DNA of 62,542 nt, filler included, from Alphaproteobacteria bacterium (lineage in GTDB: Bacteria; Pseudomonadota; Alphaproteobacteria; Caedimonadales; UBA9215): assembly GCA_024280495.1 (NCBI GenBank). It is 4 parts of 4 records of this genome, joined end to end, with 100 filler letters (N's around TTAATTAATTAA, not from the genome) between each part and the next. Parts side by side here need not be neighbours in the genome. Positions count along the whole stretch, not along the records: positions 1 to 25,045 come from JAJRPZ010000038.1; 3 more parts are not named here. The stretch is one strand, 5' to 3'. The notes under the pieces were generated by a model. It searched no databases, was not told the DNA's origin, and was given only the letters and a program-made list of their open reading frames with translations. Each line of letters opens with the position of its first letter. Position 1 is the stretch's first letter. Shown here one piece after another: positions 9,869 through 18,834 of the stretch. Both the position numbers and the translations under genes were made by a program.

Positions 9869-11986
9869 CTATATCGTTGCAATTGTTTTAATTCGTGCTT
9901 TTGGATGGATTTCGTTATGGGACATGATCACTAGAGACGATCTGAAACGTTCAACAATGCTTCTAACGTGGGGGCGTACCTTTGCGCTTGTGAGGAGAAT
10001 AGGCGCATGACCAAGGGCGGCTTGTTGGTCGTAAACACTTTGAATTTTTTGACTTAAGTCTTGAAGTTTTGAGGGTTGCATGGAGAGATATTCGTGTTCA
10101 CCTTCACCGCTCAACGATGTTTGGAGCTCATTTTCCCATTCTGGTGATAAGGAAATAATGGGGACGACTCCAGATTCATCAGCATTTGCAGAACACATTT
10201 GGCGCGCAAGTCTCGTCCTAACATGTTCCGTTAAAAGAGTTACATTTTTAACGCTGTTTGAAACTTCAGAAATACTTTCGAGAATGGTGGAAAGATCCCG
10301 AATTGAAACCCGTTCTGATAAAAGGTTTTGTAAAATCCTTTGTAAATTCCCCATGCTCAATTGTGAGGGGACCATGTCTTTAAAGAGTTTTTGATGGCTT
10401 TTATCCAAGTCATCAACCAGACCTTGGGTTTCAGTAAAGCCAAGAAGCTCATTGGTGTTATCTTTAATGGTTTCACTGATGTGGGTTGTTATGACAGTCA
10501 ATGGGTCAACAATGGTGTAATCTTTGTCTTCTGCTTCTTGTTTTTGTGCATGGGTGATCCACATGGCGTCCAGGCCAAATGTTGGTTCAATTGTTGGCTC
10601 ACCAGGGATATCAATACTACCGCCAGAGGGATTCATGCAGAGAAGTTGATTGGGGCGCAACTCACCCTTGGCAACCTCTATATCTTTGATACGAATGGTA
10701 TAGGCATTTTGATTGAGTTGTAGGTTGTCTTGCATACGCATTGTTGGTAGTACAAAACCAATTTCTCGAGCCAATTGTGCACGCAGAGATTTGACCTGGT
10801 CCGTTAATTTTTGCCCTTGGCTCCCATTGATGAGAGGTAAAATACCATAGCCCACTTCCAAGCGAATGGGGTCAATATGAAGCGCTTCTTTGATGGGATC
10901 CACATGCTCAACGGGGGCATCAGCATCATCTAGTGAAAGTTGAGCCTTTTGTGCCTTCGCAGCTTTTTCGGCATCTTGTTTTTCAACCATTTTCCATGCT
11001 CCCGCACCAGCGGCAAAGGAAAGAGCTATAAAGGGAAGAAAAGGAATACCAGGTAAAAGGGACATGACACCCATGAGAAAAGAACTGATACCAAGGGTTG
11101 CAGGATAAGCGCTTAGTTGTGAAAATAGAGCCTTTTCTGCGGATCCCTCAACGCCAGCCTTGGAAACTAAAATACCAGCCGCCGTTGAAACGATCAAAGC
11201 AGGAATTTGAGAAACTAGACCATCGCCAACGGTCAATATTGTATAGGTTTGAACAGCGTCTCCAAGGGGAAGATCCATTTGAACGACACCAATAATAATA
11301 CCCCCAATGATATTGATAAAGGTGATGCAGAGGCCAGCAATGGCATCTCCCCGTACAAATTTCGCGGCACCATCCATGGAACCAAAAAAGTTTGACTCAT
11401 TTTCTAGGGTTTTACGACGTTCTTTGGCTTCATCCTCTTGAATCAGACCTGCGGATAAATCCGCATCAATGGCCATTTGTTTGCCAGGCATGGAATCCAA
11501 AGAAAAGCGAGCTGATACTTCAGCAATACGCCCTGAACCCTTTGTAATAACTACAAAATTTACGAGAACAAGAATGGCAAAAACGATTAAACCAATGACA
11601 AAGTTTCCTTGCATAATAAAGGCACCAAAAGCTCGAATGACTTCACCTGCGGCGCTTAAACCCTCATGTCCATGTCCTAAGATGAGGCGTGTTGAGGCAA
11701 CATTTAGGGAAAGTCGTAGCATGGTAGAAACCAGAAGAAGAGTCGGAAAAGAACTAAATTCAAGGGGTTTTTCAATGAATAAAGCTGTTGTGATCACTAA
11801 CATAGATATCATCAATGAAAGGGCAAGTGCCACATCCAAAAGAGCCTTTGGTATGGGAAGAATTAAAACCGTTAAGATGGCCATGATGCCAAAGGCAAAA
11901 ATCACTTCGGATTTTCGAGCGGCCTTTATCAGGCGATCAAGGCCAAAAGCGGGTCCTGTATTTCCAGTTGCTGTATTATTCGCCAT
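9869..11986 (-). CDS. flhA: flagellar export gate protein FlhA
   Basis: RIAEVSARFSLDSMPGKQMAIDADL, FFGSMDGAAKFVRGDAIAG signature. Confidence 0.97.
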   Translation of the reverse strand: MANNTATGNTGPAFGLDRLIKAARKSEVIFAFGIMAILTVLILPIPKALLDVALALSLMISMLVITTALFIEKPLEFSSFPTLLLVSTMLRLSLNVASTRLILGHGHEGLSAAGEVIRAFGAFIMQGNFVIGLIVFAILVLVNFVVITKGSGRIAEVSARFSLDSMPGKQMAIDADLSAGLIQEDEAKERRKTLENESNFFGSMDGAAKFVRGDAIAGLCITFINIIGGIIIGVVQMDLPLGDAVQTYTILTVGDGLVSQIPALIVSTAAGILVSKAGVEGSAEKALFSQLSAYPATLGISSFLMGVMSLLPGIPFLPFIALSFAAGAGAWKMVEKQDAEKAAKAQKAQLSLDDADAPVEHVDPIKEALHIDPIRLEVGYGILPLINGSQGQKLTDQVKSLRAQLAREIGFVLPTMRMQDNLQLNQNAYTIRIKDIEVAKGELRPNQLLCMNPSGGSIDIPGEPTIEPTFGLDAMWITHAQKQEAEDKDYTIVDPLTVITTHISETIKDNTNELLGFTETQGLVDDLDKSHQKLFKDMVPSQLSMGNLQRILQNLLSERVSIRDLSTILESISEVSNSVKNVTLLTEHVRTRLARQMCSANADESGVVPIISLSPEWENELQTSLSGEGEHEYLSMQPSKLQDLSQKIQSVYDQQAALGHAPILLTSAKVRPHVRSIVERFRSSLVIMSHNEIHPKARIKTIATI

Positions 11987-12012
11987 TATACTTTCCTATT
12001 ACATGATCAGCT

Positions 12013-12101
12013 CTATAGCTAATCATTTTTACCTTTACTCTTTGTTGCTTCACTCCTTGGCTATAGCCGTCGTCCATTACGCCTCCGTGTAAAAAACTAA
12101 T
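12013..12101 (+). repeat. palindromic element family A copy between flhA and flbD
   Basis: CTATAGCTAATCATTTTTAC..CTTTGTTGC..CTCCTTGGCTATAGCCGTCGTCC..GTGTAAAAAACTAAT. Confidence 0.82.
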
Positions 12102-12106
12102 GGGCT

Positions 12107-13561
12107 CTACATGGCTTGTTTCACATCTCTATGTCCGTGAGAGTCATTGATGTTGTTCCCATAAGATTTGGAATCTGTATTTGATGAAGAACCTTGAAGG
12201 GATATCCCTTTTTCAGAATATTGCTTAAGTTTATTGCGTAAAGTTCGAATGGAGATCCCAAGAATATTTGCGGCTTGCGTCCTATTTCCTAAACAATGAG
12301 AGACTGTACCAATAATCAAGTCTTGTTCGACATCAGATACCGTACGCCCTACCATGTGATTAGGGCTGGCAACAGAAGGTGCTGGCGTGTTTCCTTGAGG
12401 TAATGAAAAGGTGTGGAGTGTCGTATCTTCTCCCATTTTTTTACCTGCATCATTTTCCTTTTTGATACCAGAAAGAAGTAAAACATCTTCTTCAATTTTA
12501 TCACCTGAGGCCAGTAAAATAGCACGGTGCATTGTGTTTTCAAGTTCCCGTATATTGCCTTTCCATTGGTGTTGGCGCAAAACCATTTTTGATCGATCGG
12601 AAAGGGGACGCAAAGGAAGGGCATTAGCCTGTGTATATTTTGCAATAAAATGATTGGCCAATTTTTCAATATCCAAAGGGCGCATGCGTAAGGGGGGAAG
12701 GGCCAATGGCACAACATTTAACCTGAAATATAAATCTTCACGGAAGTCTTTGTTTTTGACGGCCTCTTCCATGTCACGGTTGCTCGTTGCGATGATACGA
12801 ATATCAATGGGGACAGGTTTAGTTCCTCCCAGGCGATCAATTTCCCGTTCTTGAATGGCACGCAAAAGTTTAGCTTGGAGAAGGGGATGCATTTCTGTCA
12901 CTTCATCCAGTAATAATGTACCGCCATGGGCTTCTTCAAATTTACCAATACGCCGTGCAACGGCACCAGTAAAGGCCCCTTTTTCGTGACCAAACAACTC
13001 TGATTCCAAGAGGTTTTCAGGGATAGCAGCGCAATTTATAGATATAAATTGTTTCTTGGCTCGTTTGCTATTGTTGTGGATAAAGCGAGCCATGACTTCT
13101 TTTCCTGTCCCTGATTCACCTGTGATGAGGACACTTGCATCGCTTGGTGCTATTTGCTTTGCTAAATTTGTGGTTTTTAGCATAGCAGGATCTGTATAAA
13201 TAAAAGTATCCTCTTCATGGGCGACGGCTTCAAGAACTGCTGAAATAAGTTCGGCATCAGGTGGCAACGGAAGATATTCACGGGCACCAGCTTTGATGGC
13301 CCTGACAGCAGGTTCTGCATCACTTTCAAGGCCACAAGCCACAACTGGAATGCAAAAATGTTCTGACTCCAATTGAGTTACAAGGGATTTGATATCAAGG
13401 TTGATGTCAGCCATGACAAGATCTGCCCCCTTGCCAGAACGTAATGAATCAAGGGCGAGGTCGATTTCATCAACTTGGTGAACTTTCGCACCTCGTGAGA
13501 CTGCAATACGACTTGCGGCGCCAATATGACCTTTTAATTTTCCGATAATTAGTAATCTCAT
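12107..13561 (-). CDS. flbD: sigma54-dependent flagellar activator FlbD
   Basis: Atypical receiver starting MRLLIIGKL, GESGTGKE, GAFTGA, HTH GNRTQAANILGISIRTLRNKL; position between fliN and flhA. Confidence 0.9.
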   Translation of the reverse strand: MRLLIIGKLKGHIGAASRIAVSRGAKVHQVDEIDLALDSLRSGKGADLVMADINLDIKSLVTQLESEHFCIPVVACGLESDAEPAVRAIKAGAREYLPLPPDAELISAVLEAVAHEEDTFIYTDPAMLKTTNLAKQIAPSDASVLITGESGTGKEVMARFIHNNSKRAKKQFISINCAAIPENLLESELFGHEKGAFTGAVARRIGKFEEAHGGTLLLDEVTEMHPLLQAKLLRAIQEREIDRLGGTKPVPIDIRIIATSNRDMEEAVKNKDFREDLYFRLNVVPLALPPLRMRPLDIEKLANHFIAKYTQANALPLRPLSDRSKMVLRQHQWKGNIRELENTMHRAILLASGDKIEEDVLLLSGIKKENDAGKKMGEDTTLHTFSLPQGNTPAPSVASPNHMVGRTVSDVEQDLIIGTVSHCLGNRTQAANILGISIRTLRNKLKQYSEKGISLQGSSSNTDSKSYGNNINDSHGHRDVKQAM

Positions 13562-13617
13562 ATTTTTCTCACTTATTTTTCATTGCGACGCTGTATCTCA
13601 AATACGGCTTATTTTTT

Positions 13618-13986
13618 TTAAGCTGTTTGATCTGATTTGATAATCTCCGTCATGGTAATGCCAAGGTGGTCATCAACCACCACCACTTCTCCTCGAGCAA
13701 CCAGGCGATTGTTTACATATATATCAATGGCCTCACCGACTTTTCTATCCAGTTCAATGACGGCACCACGACTTAATTTTAAAAGTTGGCTTACTTGCAT
13801 AGAAGAGCGCCCTAGAACGGCAGTGACATTGACAGGTACGTCGTGAATGGCAGAAATGTGCTGGCTAAGCTCTTCTGGGTCCAATGGTTTATCTTGTTCA
13901 CTGATACCGTTTTCTGGCTCATCAAATTCAGGCAGATTCACATCTTTACTTTCTGGAGTATCTGTATTTGTTTCATCTTCGGACAT
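13618..13986 (-). CDS. fliN: flagellar motor switch protein FliN
   Basis: DVPVNVTAVLG...LLKLSRGAVIELDRKVGEAIDIYVNNRLVARGEVVVVD SpoA domain. Confidence 0.95.
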   Translation of the reverse strand: MSEDETNTDTPESKDVNLPEFDEPENGISEQDKPLDPEELSQHISAIHDVPVNVTAVLGRSSMQVSQLLKLSRGAVIELDRKVGEAIDIYVNNRLVARGEVVVVDDHLGITMTEIIKSDQTA

Positions 13987-14019
13987 GGCCTAAATTTCCT
14001 TTTGCTTATCAATTTCTAT

Positions 14020-14690
14020 TTATTGTATATTTTCAATATCGAGTTCAAGGGGTTTTTTTGCAAGGCGCATGAGCATTTCATGTACTTGTTTTTTTGTGGT
14101 CTCAATATAGTGGTTGATACCAGCTCCCTCCCAAGTTATACGGCAATCGGTTTCTTGAAGAGTAGTATCCTCTTGAATTTTGTAAGATAAATTAGGGGAA
14201 ATGCTTTTTTCTTGAAGGTTTTTTATATGCCCCTCAATCACACTTTTTAATTTTGGATGAACATAAAAAATTACTTTTTTATCCATGGGTAGATTCTCAA
14301 TAACCTTATCCAAGAGCCCTTTTATTTCCATAGCAGCCCCTTGAGTTGCAATGACTGGTATTATTTTGGACGTTATCAAATCACATATTTGAGCGATTTG
14401 CCGATGGAAGGTATCCATGATTGTTTTTTCTGTCTCTATTAAGCTTTCTATTTTTGAGGTGATGACAAAAAGCTGATCGCCAGCCATGCGTTGAATACTT
14501 TCATTGGTTACCTTAATGCCGTTGTCATAACCTTCTTGATAGGCTTTTTTTTAGCTTCCCCTATGTCCAATTGATGCTTTTTAGGCGTAATAGATTGGAT
14601 ATCCTCTATGGTTTCGGAATAGTCAAATTCCGCATCAAATAAGTATTTTTGAGGTGTTTTAGCCTTAACCGATGAGCTGTTCACTGTCAT
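14020..14690 (-). CDS. fliH: flagellar assembly protein FliH, split by a 1-nt frameshift in an A8 run (14545-14552)
   Basis: Upstream frame gives KYLFDAEF...GEAKK; adding one A continues AYQEGYDNG...RMAGDQ into ORF 14020-14487; lies between fliG and fliN. Confidence 0.8.
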
Positions 14691-15726
14691 CACCTCCCTG
14701 CATAATTTCAATGTCACCTTTGTCCACAAGGTCTTTTGTTTGAGTCACAAGTATCATTTGCGCCTCATCAACATCCCGTAATTTCACCATGCCAAGGGAT
14801 TCCATATCTTCTTTTAGAAGTTTGGCGGCGCGTTCTGACATATTGGCGAAAAAAAGCTCTTTAATTTCGTCGTTAGCCCCTTTTAGTGCAAGGGCAAGTT
14901 TGCTCTTATCCGCAATGCGCATGAGAGTTTGAATCCCCGTTGCATCCAGCTTAATAAGGTCAGCAAAGGTAAACATGAGGGATCTAATGCGTTCTGCTGC
15001 TGCTTCATTATGTTTTTCAAGGGCCTCCATGAATTTACTTTCCGTAGGGCGGTCAAAAAAGTTAAAGACTTCGGCTAAACGTTCATGGGGGTCTTTTTTA
15101 TCTTGTTTTGCAAAATTTGCAATGAATTCAGATTTGAGGGTCTTTTCAATATTATTCAAGACCTCTCGTCCCACACTTTCCATTTTAATGGTTCGGTTCA
15201 TAATTTCGAGAGAAAGTTCATCGGGAAAAAGGGCAAAAACCTTGGCGGCATGTTCTGGTTTTATTTTTGAAAGAACAACAGCAATGGTTTGAGGATGTTC
15301 ACTTCGAAGAAAGCTAGCAAGGGCCTTTTCATCTACATTATTAAGTTTATCCCACATGGTTTTACCTGCAGGCCCGCGAATTTCTTCCATTATTGAGGAA
15401 ACTTTGTCGGAAGAAAATATTTTACCAAGGAGGTTTTCTGTGGAATATAATGTTCCAACAAGGGACGCGCTTGATCCTGATTTTTCTACAAATTCAAGGA
15501 AAAGACTTTCAACATTATCGGCCTTAACTTTACCGAGATTGGCCATGGCCTGCGATAGCTCCATGATTTCCATTTCATCTAGCTCTGAAAAGATTTTTTG
15601 CAAATGTGCTTCGGGAAGGGCTAACATAAAAGTTGCTGCTTTTTGAATGCCCGATAATGGTGCAAGGGTTTTGCTTTCAGACTCTTGTTCGGAGTTTTGT
15701 GTGGCGGAAACGATTTCAGCACTCAT
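14665..15726 (-). CDS. fliG: flagellar motor switch protein FliG
   Basis: LSGIQKAA, EHPQTIAVVLS, MFTFADL, LALALKGA, NMSERAA motifs. Confidence 0.97.
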   Translation of the reverse strand: MSAEIVSATQNSEQESESKTLAPLSGIQKAATFMLALPEAHLQKIFSELDEMEIMELSQAMANLGKVKADNVESLFLEFVEKSGSSASLVGTLYSTENLLGKIFSSDKVSSIMEEIRGPAGKTMWDKLNNVDEKALASFLRSEHPQTIAVVLSKIKPEHAAKVFALFPDELSLEIMNRTIKMESVGREVLNNIEKTLKSEFIANFAKQDKKDPHERLAEVFNFFDRPTESKFMEALEKHNEAAAERIRSLMFTFADLIKLDATGIQTLMRIADKSKLALALKGANDEIKELFFANMSERAAKLLKEDMESLGMVKLRDVDEAQMILVTQTKDLVDKGDIEIMQGGDDSEQLIG

Positions 15727-15738
15727 ATCAACTAATCC

Positions 15739-17439
15739 TTATTCTTCTTCATGCATCCACTCTCGAACGACTCCAACGGCATCCGATGGTTTTTCTTCGA
15801 TGAGGGTGCTAATTTTTTTTATGGAAGACTCGCGCACTTTTCCTTCAACTTGTTGCAGGTTTAACATGCGGTCCATGTCTTCTGAGGCAGGGGGGGCAAG
15901 GGCAGGCGTTTGATTTGCTGCGTTAAAATTCGAAGCGCCATTAGACGCTTGATCCGTTTGCCCAACAGGCACGGGAGAAGTGGATTGCTGAGAGGATTGT
16001 TGTAAAACGCCATTCACAACAGGAGCAGGGGGGAGGGGATCCGGTTTTGGTGCCCCCTCAAGCAAGCGAATTATAACGGGTTTTACAACCATAAGAAGCA
16101 TGAGTAAGCCCATGAGTCCAATAATGAAAGCTTCAACTAAGCGCACGATATCAGGTTGGGTTAAGGAAAAAGGAGAGGGGCTTTCGGCCAAAGTTCCAAC
16201 AGCTTCAATCTGGGCGAATTTCATATTAATGACTTCAACAGTATCGCCGCGCTTTTCGTTAAATCCAACTGCATTTTTAACAAGGGTTTTTATTTTATCT
16301 ATCTCTTCATCAGATCTAGGTTTGTAAGTGGGTTTTTCTCCTTCGGTGGTTGCTGGTATATAGGAACCATCTACCATAACGGCAACGGAGAGTTTTTGAA
16401 CGGCGCCGATTTCCCTCGTATGGTTTTTTATTTTTTTAGTAATTTCATAATTTACTGTTTCTTCAGTGCGGTCCGATGATGATTTTCCACTGCCCACAGC
16501 ACCAGCACCACCAGGAAGCTCTCCCTCTGTCGCAACATTTCCGTTTGCAGCTTCTGCGGAGGCTTCTTTTTCTGAAATTGTTTGAGTTGAGCGAATAACT
16601 TGACCTTCGGGATCATATTCTTCAGTTTGTTCTTGGATGCGATCAAAATTCATGTTTGCTGAAATTTCTGCTCTAACTTTTCCAGGACCAACATATTTTT
16701 CAACGAGACTCTCCACAATGCGAGAGAGGCGGTTTTCATAGGCAATACGCATTTCCTCAAGGTTTCCAGCGGATAAAATATCAGAGCTATTGTCACCCCT
16801 TGCCAATAAATTACCACGGTCGTCAACGATGGAAACTTTTTCAGGCACAAGGCCAGGAACGGCTGCAGCAACCATATGTTGGATTGCTTGTACGCGACTA
16901 TTATTTAGGCGTCCTGGACCATTAAGACTAAGAATAATAGAGGCGCTTGGATCTTGACGATCTCGGCTAAAAAGTTCTCGACGGGGTAAGACAAGGTGAA
17001 CACGGGCGTTTTGAACTTGGGCAATGGAACCAATACTGCGGGCAATTTCTCCTTCAAGGGCACGGAGTCTGTTAATATCTTGAACAAAGCTCGAGGTGCC
17101 AAGGGCTTCGTCTCGATCAAAAATTTCATACCCCAGAGATCCACCACGTGGTAAGCCAATTTCGGCCATTTCCATTCGAAGGCGGGCGACATTTCCAGCA
17201 GGGACATATACCTCTGTACCGCCGCCGCGAATCTCGGCATCAATCCCCATGCTTTCAATTTTTGAAACAATTTTCCCAGCATCAGCCAGGTCGAGGTTTG
17301 AATATAGGAGTGAAAGTTCTGGGTTCCCTGCACGTCCCGTTAAATAATGAAGCCCGCTTCCCACACCAAGGATAATAGCTGCAAAAATAGCAAGGCGCAC
17401 AACACCAAAATTCTTGAGGGTTTCTATTAGTTGATCCAC
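15739..17439 (-). CDS. fliF: flagellar MS-ring protein FliF
   Basis: GYEIFD, RALEGEIARSI, ARVHLVLP, ETVNYEI, LSVAVMVDG; GGGAG RBS before GTG. Confidence 0.97.
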   Translation of the reverse strand: MDQLIETLKNFGVVRLAIFAAIILGVGSGLHYLTGRAGNPELSLLYSNLDLADAGKIVSKIESMGIDAEIRGGGTEVYVPAGNVARLRMEMAEIGLPRGGSLGYEIFDRDEALGTSSFVQDINRLRALEGEIARSIGSIAQVQNARVHLVLPRRELFSRDRQDPSASIILSLNGPGRLNNSRVQAIQHMVAAAVPGLVPEKVSIVDDRGNLLARGDNSSDILSAGNLEEMRIAYENRLSRIVESLVEKYVGPGKVRAEISANMNFDRIQEQTEEYDPEGQVIRSTQTISEKEASAEAANGNVATEGELPGGAGAVGSGKSSSDRTEETVNYEITKKIKNHTREIGAVQKLSVAVMVDGSYIPATTEGEKPTYKPRSDEEIDKIKTLVKNAVGFNEKRGDTVEVINMKFAQIEAVGTLAESPSPFSLTQPDIVRLVEAFIIGLMGLLMLLMVVKPVIIRLLEGAPKPDPLPPAPVVNGVLQQSSQQSTSPVPVGQTDQASNGASNFNAANQTPALAPPASEDMDRMLNLQQVEGKVRESSIKKISTLIEEKPSDAVGVVREWMHEEE

Positions 17440-17554
17440 GTGGTTGCTCCCAATAAGATAAGCTGCTTTTAATCAAAATTCACCCGTCGATGGAGAAAGG
17501 AGAATAAACGAAATTATCTTTATTTTTAATTACATTTGTATTTATCACTTTATT

Positions 17555-17571
17555 GGTTAATAAATGGTAAA
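17555..17571 (-). promoter_or_regulatory. CtrA-box-like site upstream of fliF
   Basis: Minus strand TTTA-CCATTTA-TTAACC, one mismatch to TTAA-N7-TTAAC; CtrA controls class II fliF promoters in Caulobacter. Confidence 0.55.
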
Positions 17572-17585
17572 GTTTTTAGAAAATG

Positions 17586-17621
17586 CGGCAGTTTTTTCCC
17601 CAGGAAAGGCACAAAGTGCCG
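17586..17621. promoter_or_regulatory. tandem ftr-like (FlbD-binding) sites
   Basis: CGGCA-GTTTT-TTCC and GGCA-CAAAG-TGCCG (GGCA-N5-TGCC), centres 21 bp apart. Confidence 0.5.
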
Positions 17622-17674
17622 AGATGTTTTGATGGCATTAGAAAAATTTTTTGAAAAACTTGAGAAATAAACAC

Positions 17675-17703
17675 TTGACGATGAAGGGGGATTGGCGTAA
17701 AAA
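17675..17703 (+). promoter_or_regulatory. sigma70 promoter of tRNA-Asp
   Basis: TTGACG-N17-TAAAAA ending 15 bp before the tRNA. Confidence 0.6.
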
Positions 17704-17718
17704 AATATTATTCCGTTC

Positions 17719-17795
<77 letters not shown>

Positions 17796-17817
17796 CGGAT
17801 GATTTTTAAATCATCCG
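17796..17817 (+). terminator. hairpin directly after tRNA-Asp
   Basis: CGGATGATTT-TT-AAATCATCCG perfect inverted repeat; no clear U-tract. Confidence 0.45.
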
Positions 17818-17840
17818 CCTCCCGATCGGTATTCTTAAGC

Positions 17841-17948
17841 TATAGCTAGTTAGTTTTTTGTTTGCACGAGACCTAAGGGTAAGGGACGACGACTATATAG
17901 TCATTCCCAAAATATTTTAGTCTCGCAGCGAGGGAGTAATGCTTAATG
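17841..17948 (-). repeat. family A half copy fused at TATA to a family B half copy
   Basis: 17841-17897 is the reverse of the A 3' half; 17896-17948 aligns with the reverse complement of 21033-21086. Confidence 0.7.
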
Positions 17949-18739
17949 ATTCCAAAATGATCTCAAATATTCAAGTTAAGCTTTTGAATGCTTTCCAAGA
18001 TAATTATATTTTCCTTATTATTAATGAAGAAAACAGAGACGTTGTCGTTGTTGATCCTGGTGAATCCGAACCTGTTCTGACTTATTTAAAACAGCATAAC
18101 TTGACCCTGAAATCCATTTACTTAACCCACCACCATAAAGATCATATTGCCGGCGTTACAGAGTTGCAAAAAAAATATAATTGTGAGGTTGTTGGATTTT
18201 TTGGAGATATTCATCGTTTACCTCCTTTAACAAGAACGGTGAAAAATGAAGATTTGTTGTCTTTGTGGGGGTATTCTGTTGTTGTTCATCATACACCAGG
18301 GCATACTACTGGTCATATCATTTATTATATTCCAGACATGAAGGCTTGTTTTGTGGGAGATACTCTTTTTTCCATGGGCTGTGGTCGTTTGTTTGAAGGA
18401 ACGTCAAGGGAGATGCATCAAAGTTTGGCTTTTATTAGGGCCTTGCCTGGAGAAACCAGAATTTATTGTGCCCATGAATATACCCTTCATAATATTGAAT
18501 TTGCTAAAACCGTTGTAAAAAAGGGTCTTGATAGAGATGCGTTGTTGTCCTATGAACTTTCCATGAAGAAATTGCGTCAGGAAAACATTCCCACCATTCC
18601 TTTTATTTTGGAGGACCAATTGGAATTGAATCCTTTTTTTGCAGTGGCCTCAGAGAGTTATAGGCGTACCTGTGGCCCTGATTCACAAAGTGCCCTTGAT
18701 GCATTTTCTATCCTTCGCCAAAGGCGTGATCACTTTTAA
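17939..18739 (+). CDS. gloB: hydroxyacylglutathione hydrolase (glyoxalase II)
   Basis: DNY, THHHKDHIAG, TPGHTTGH, GDTLFSMGCGRLFEG, CAHEYT; start may be 17957. Confidence 0.95.
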   Translation: MLNDSKMISNIQVKLLNAFQDNYIFLIINEENRDVVVVDPGESEPVLTYLKQHNLTLKSIYLTHHHKDHIAGVTELQKKYNCEVVGFFGDIHRLPPLTRTVKNEDLLSLWGYSVVVHHTPGHTTGHIIYYIPDMKACFVGDTLFSMGCGRLFEGTSREMHQSLAFIRALPGETRIYCAHEYTLHNIEFAKTVVKKGLDRDALLSYELSMKKLRQENIPTIPFILEDQLELNPFFAVASESYRRTCGPDSQSALDAFSILRQRRDHF

Positions 18740-18742
18740 ATA

Positions 18743-18785
18743 TTATGGTTGCTTTTATGGCTGCTTTTATTGCTGCTTTTATTGG
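18743..18785. repeat. 12-bp tandem repeat (about 3.5 units) between gloB and ntrY
   Basis: TTATGGTTGCTT TTATGGCTGCTT TTATTGCTGCTT TTATTGG. Confidence 0.8.
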
Positions 18786-18834
18786 GAAGGCACGTTAAGA
18801 TAGCCCTATAAAATAAAATAACAGTATATTTATT

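Noticed and set aside
11469..12092. 207-aa plus-strand ORF and the many other short overlapping ORFs in the track
   Set aside because: Antisense or alternate-frame shadows of well-supported genes, with no motifs.
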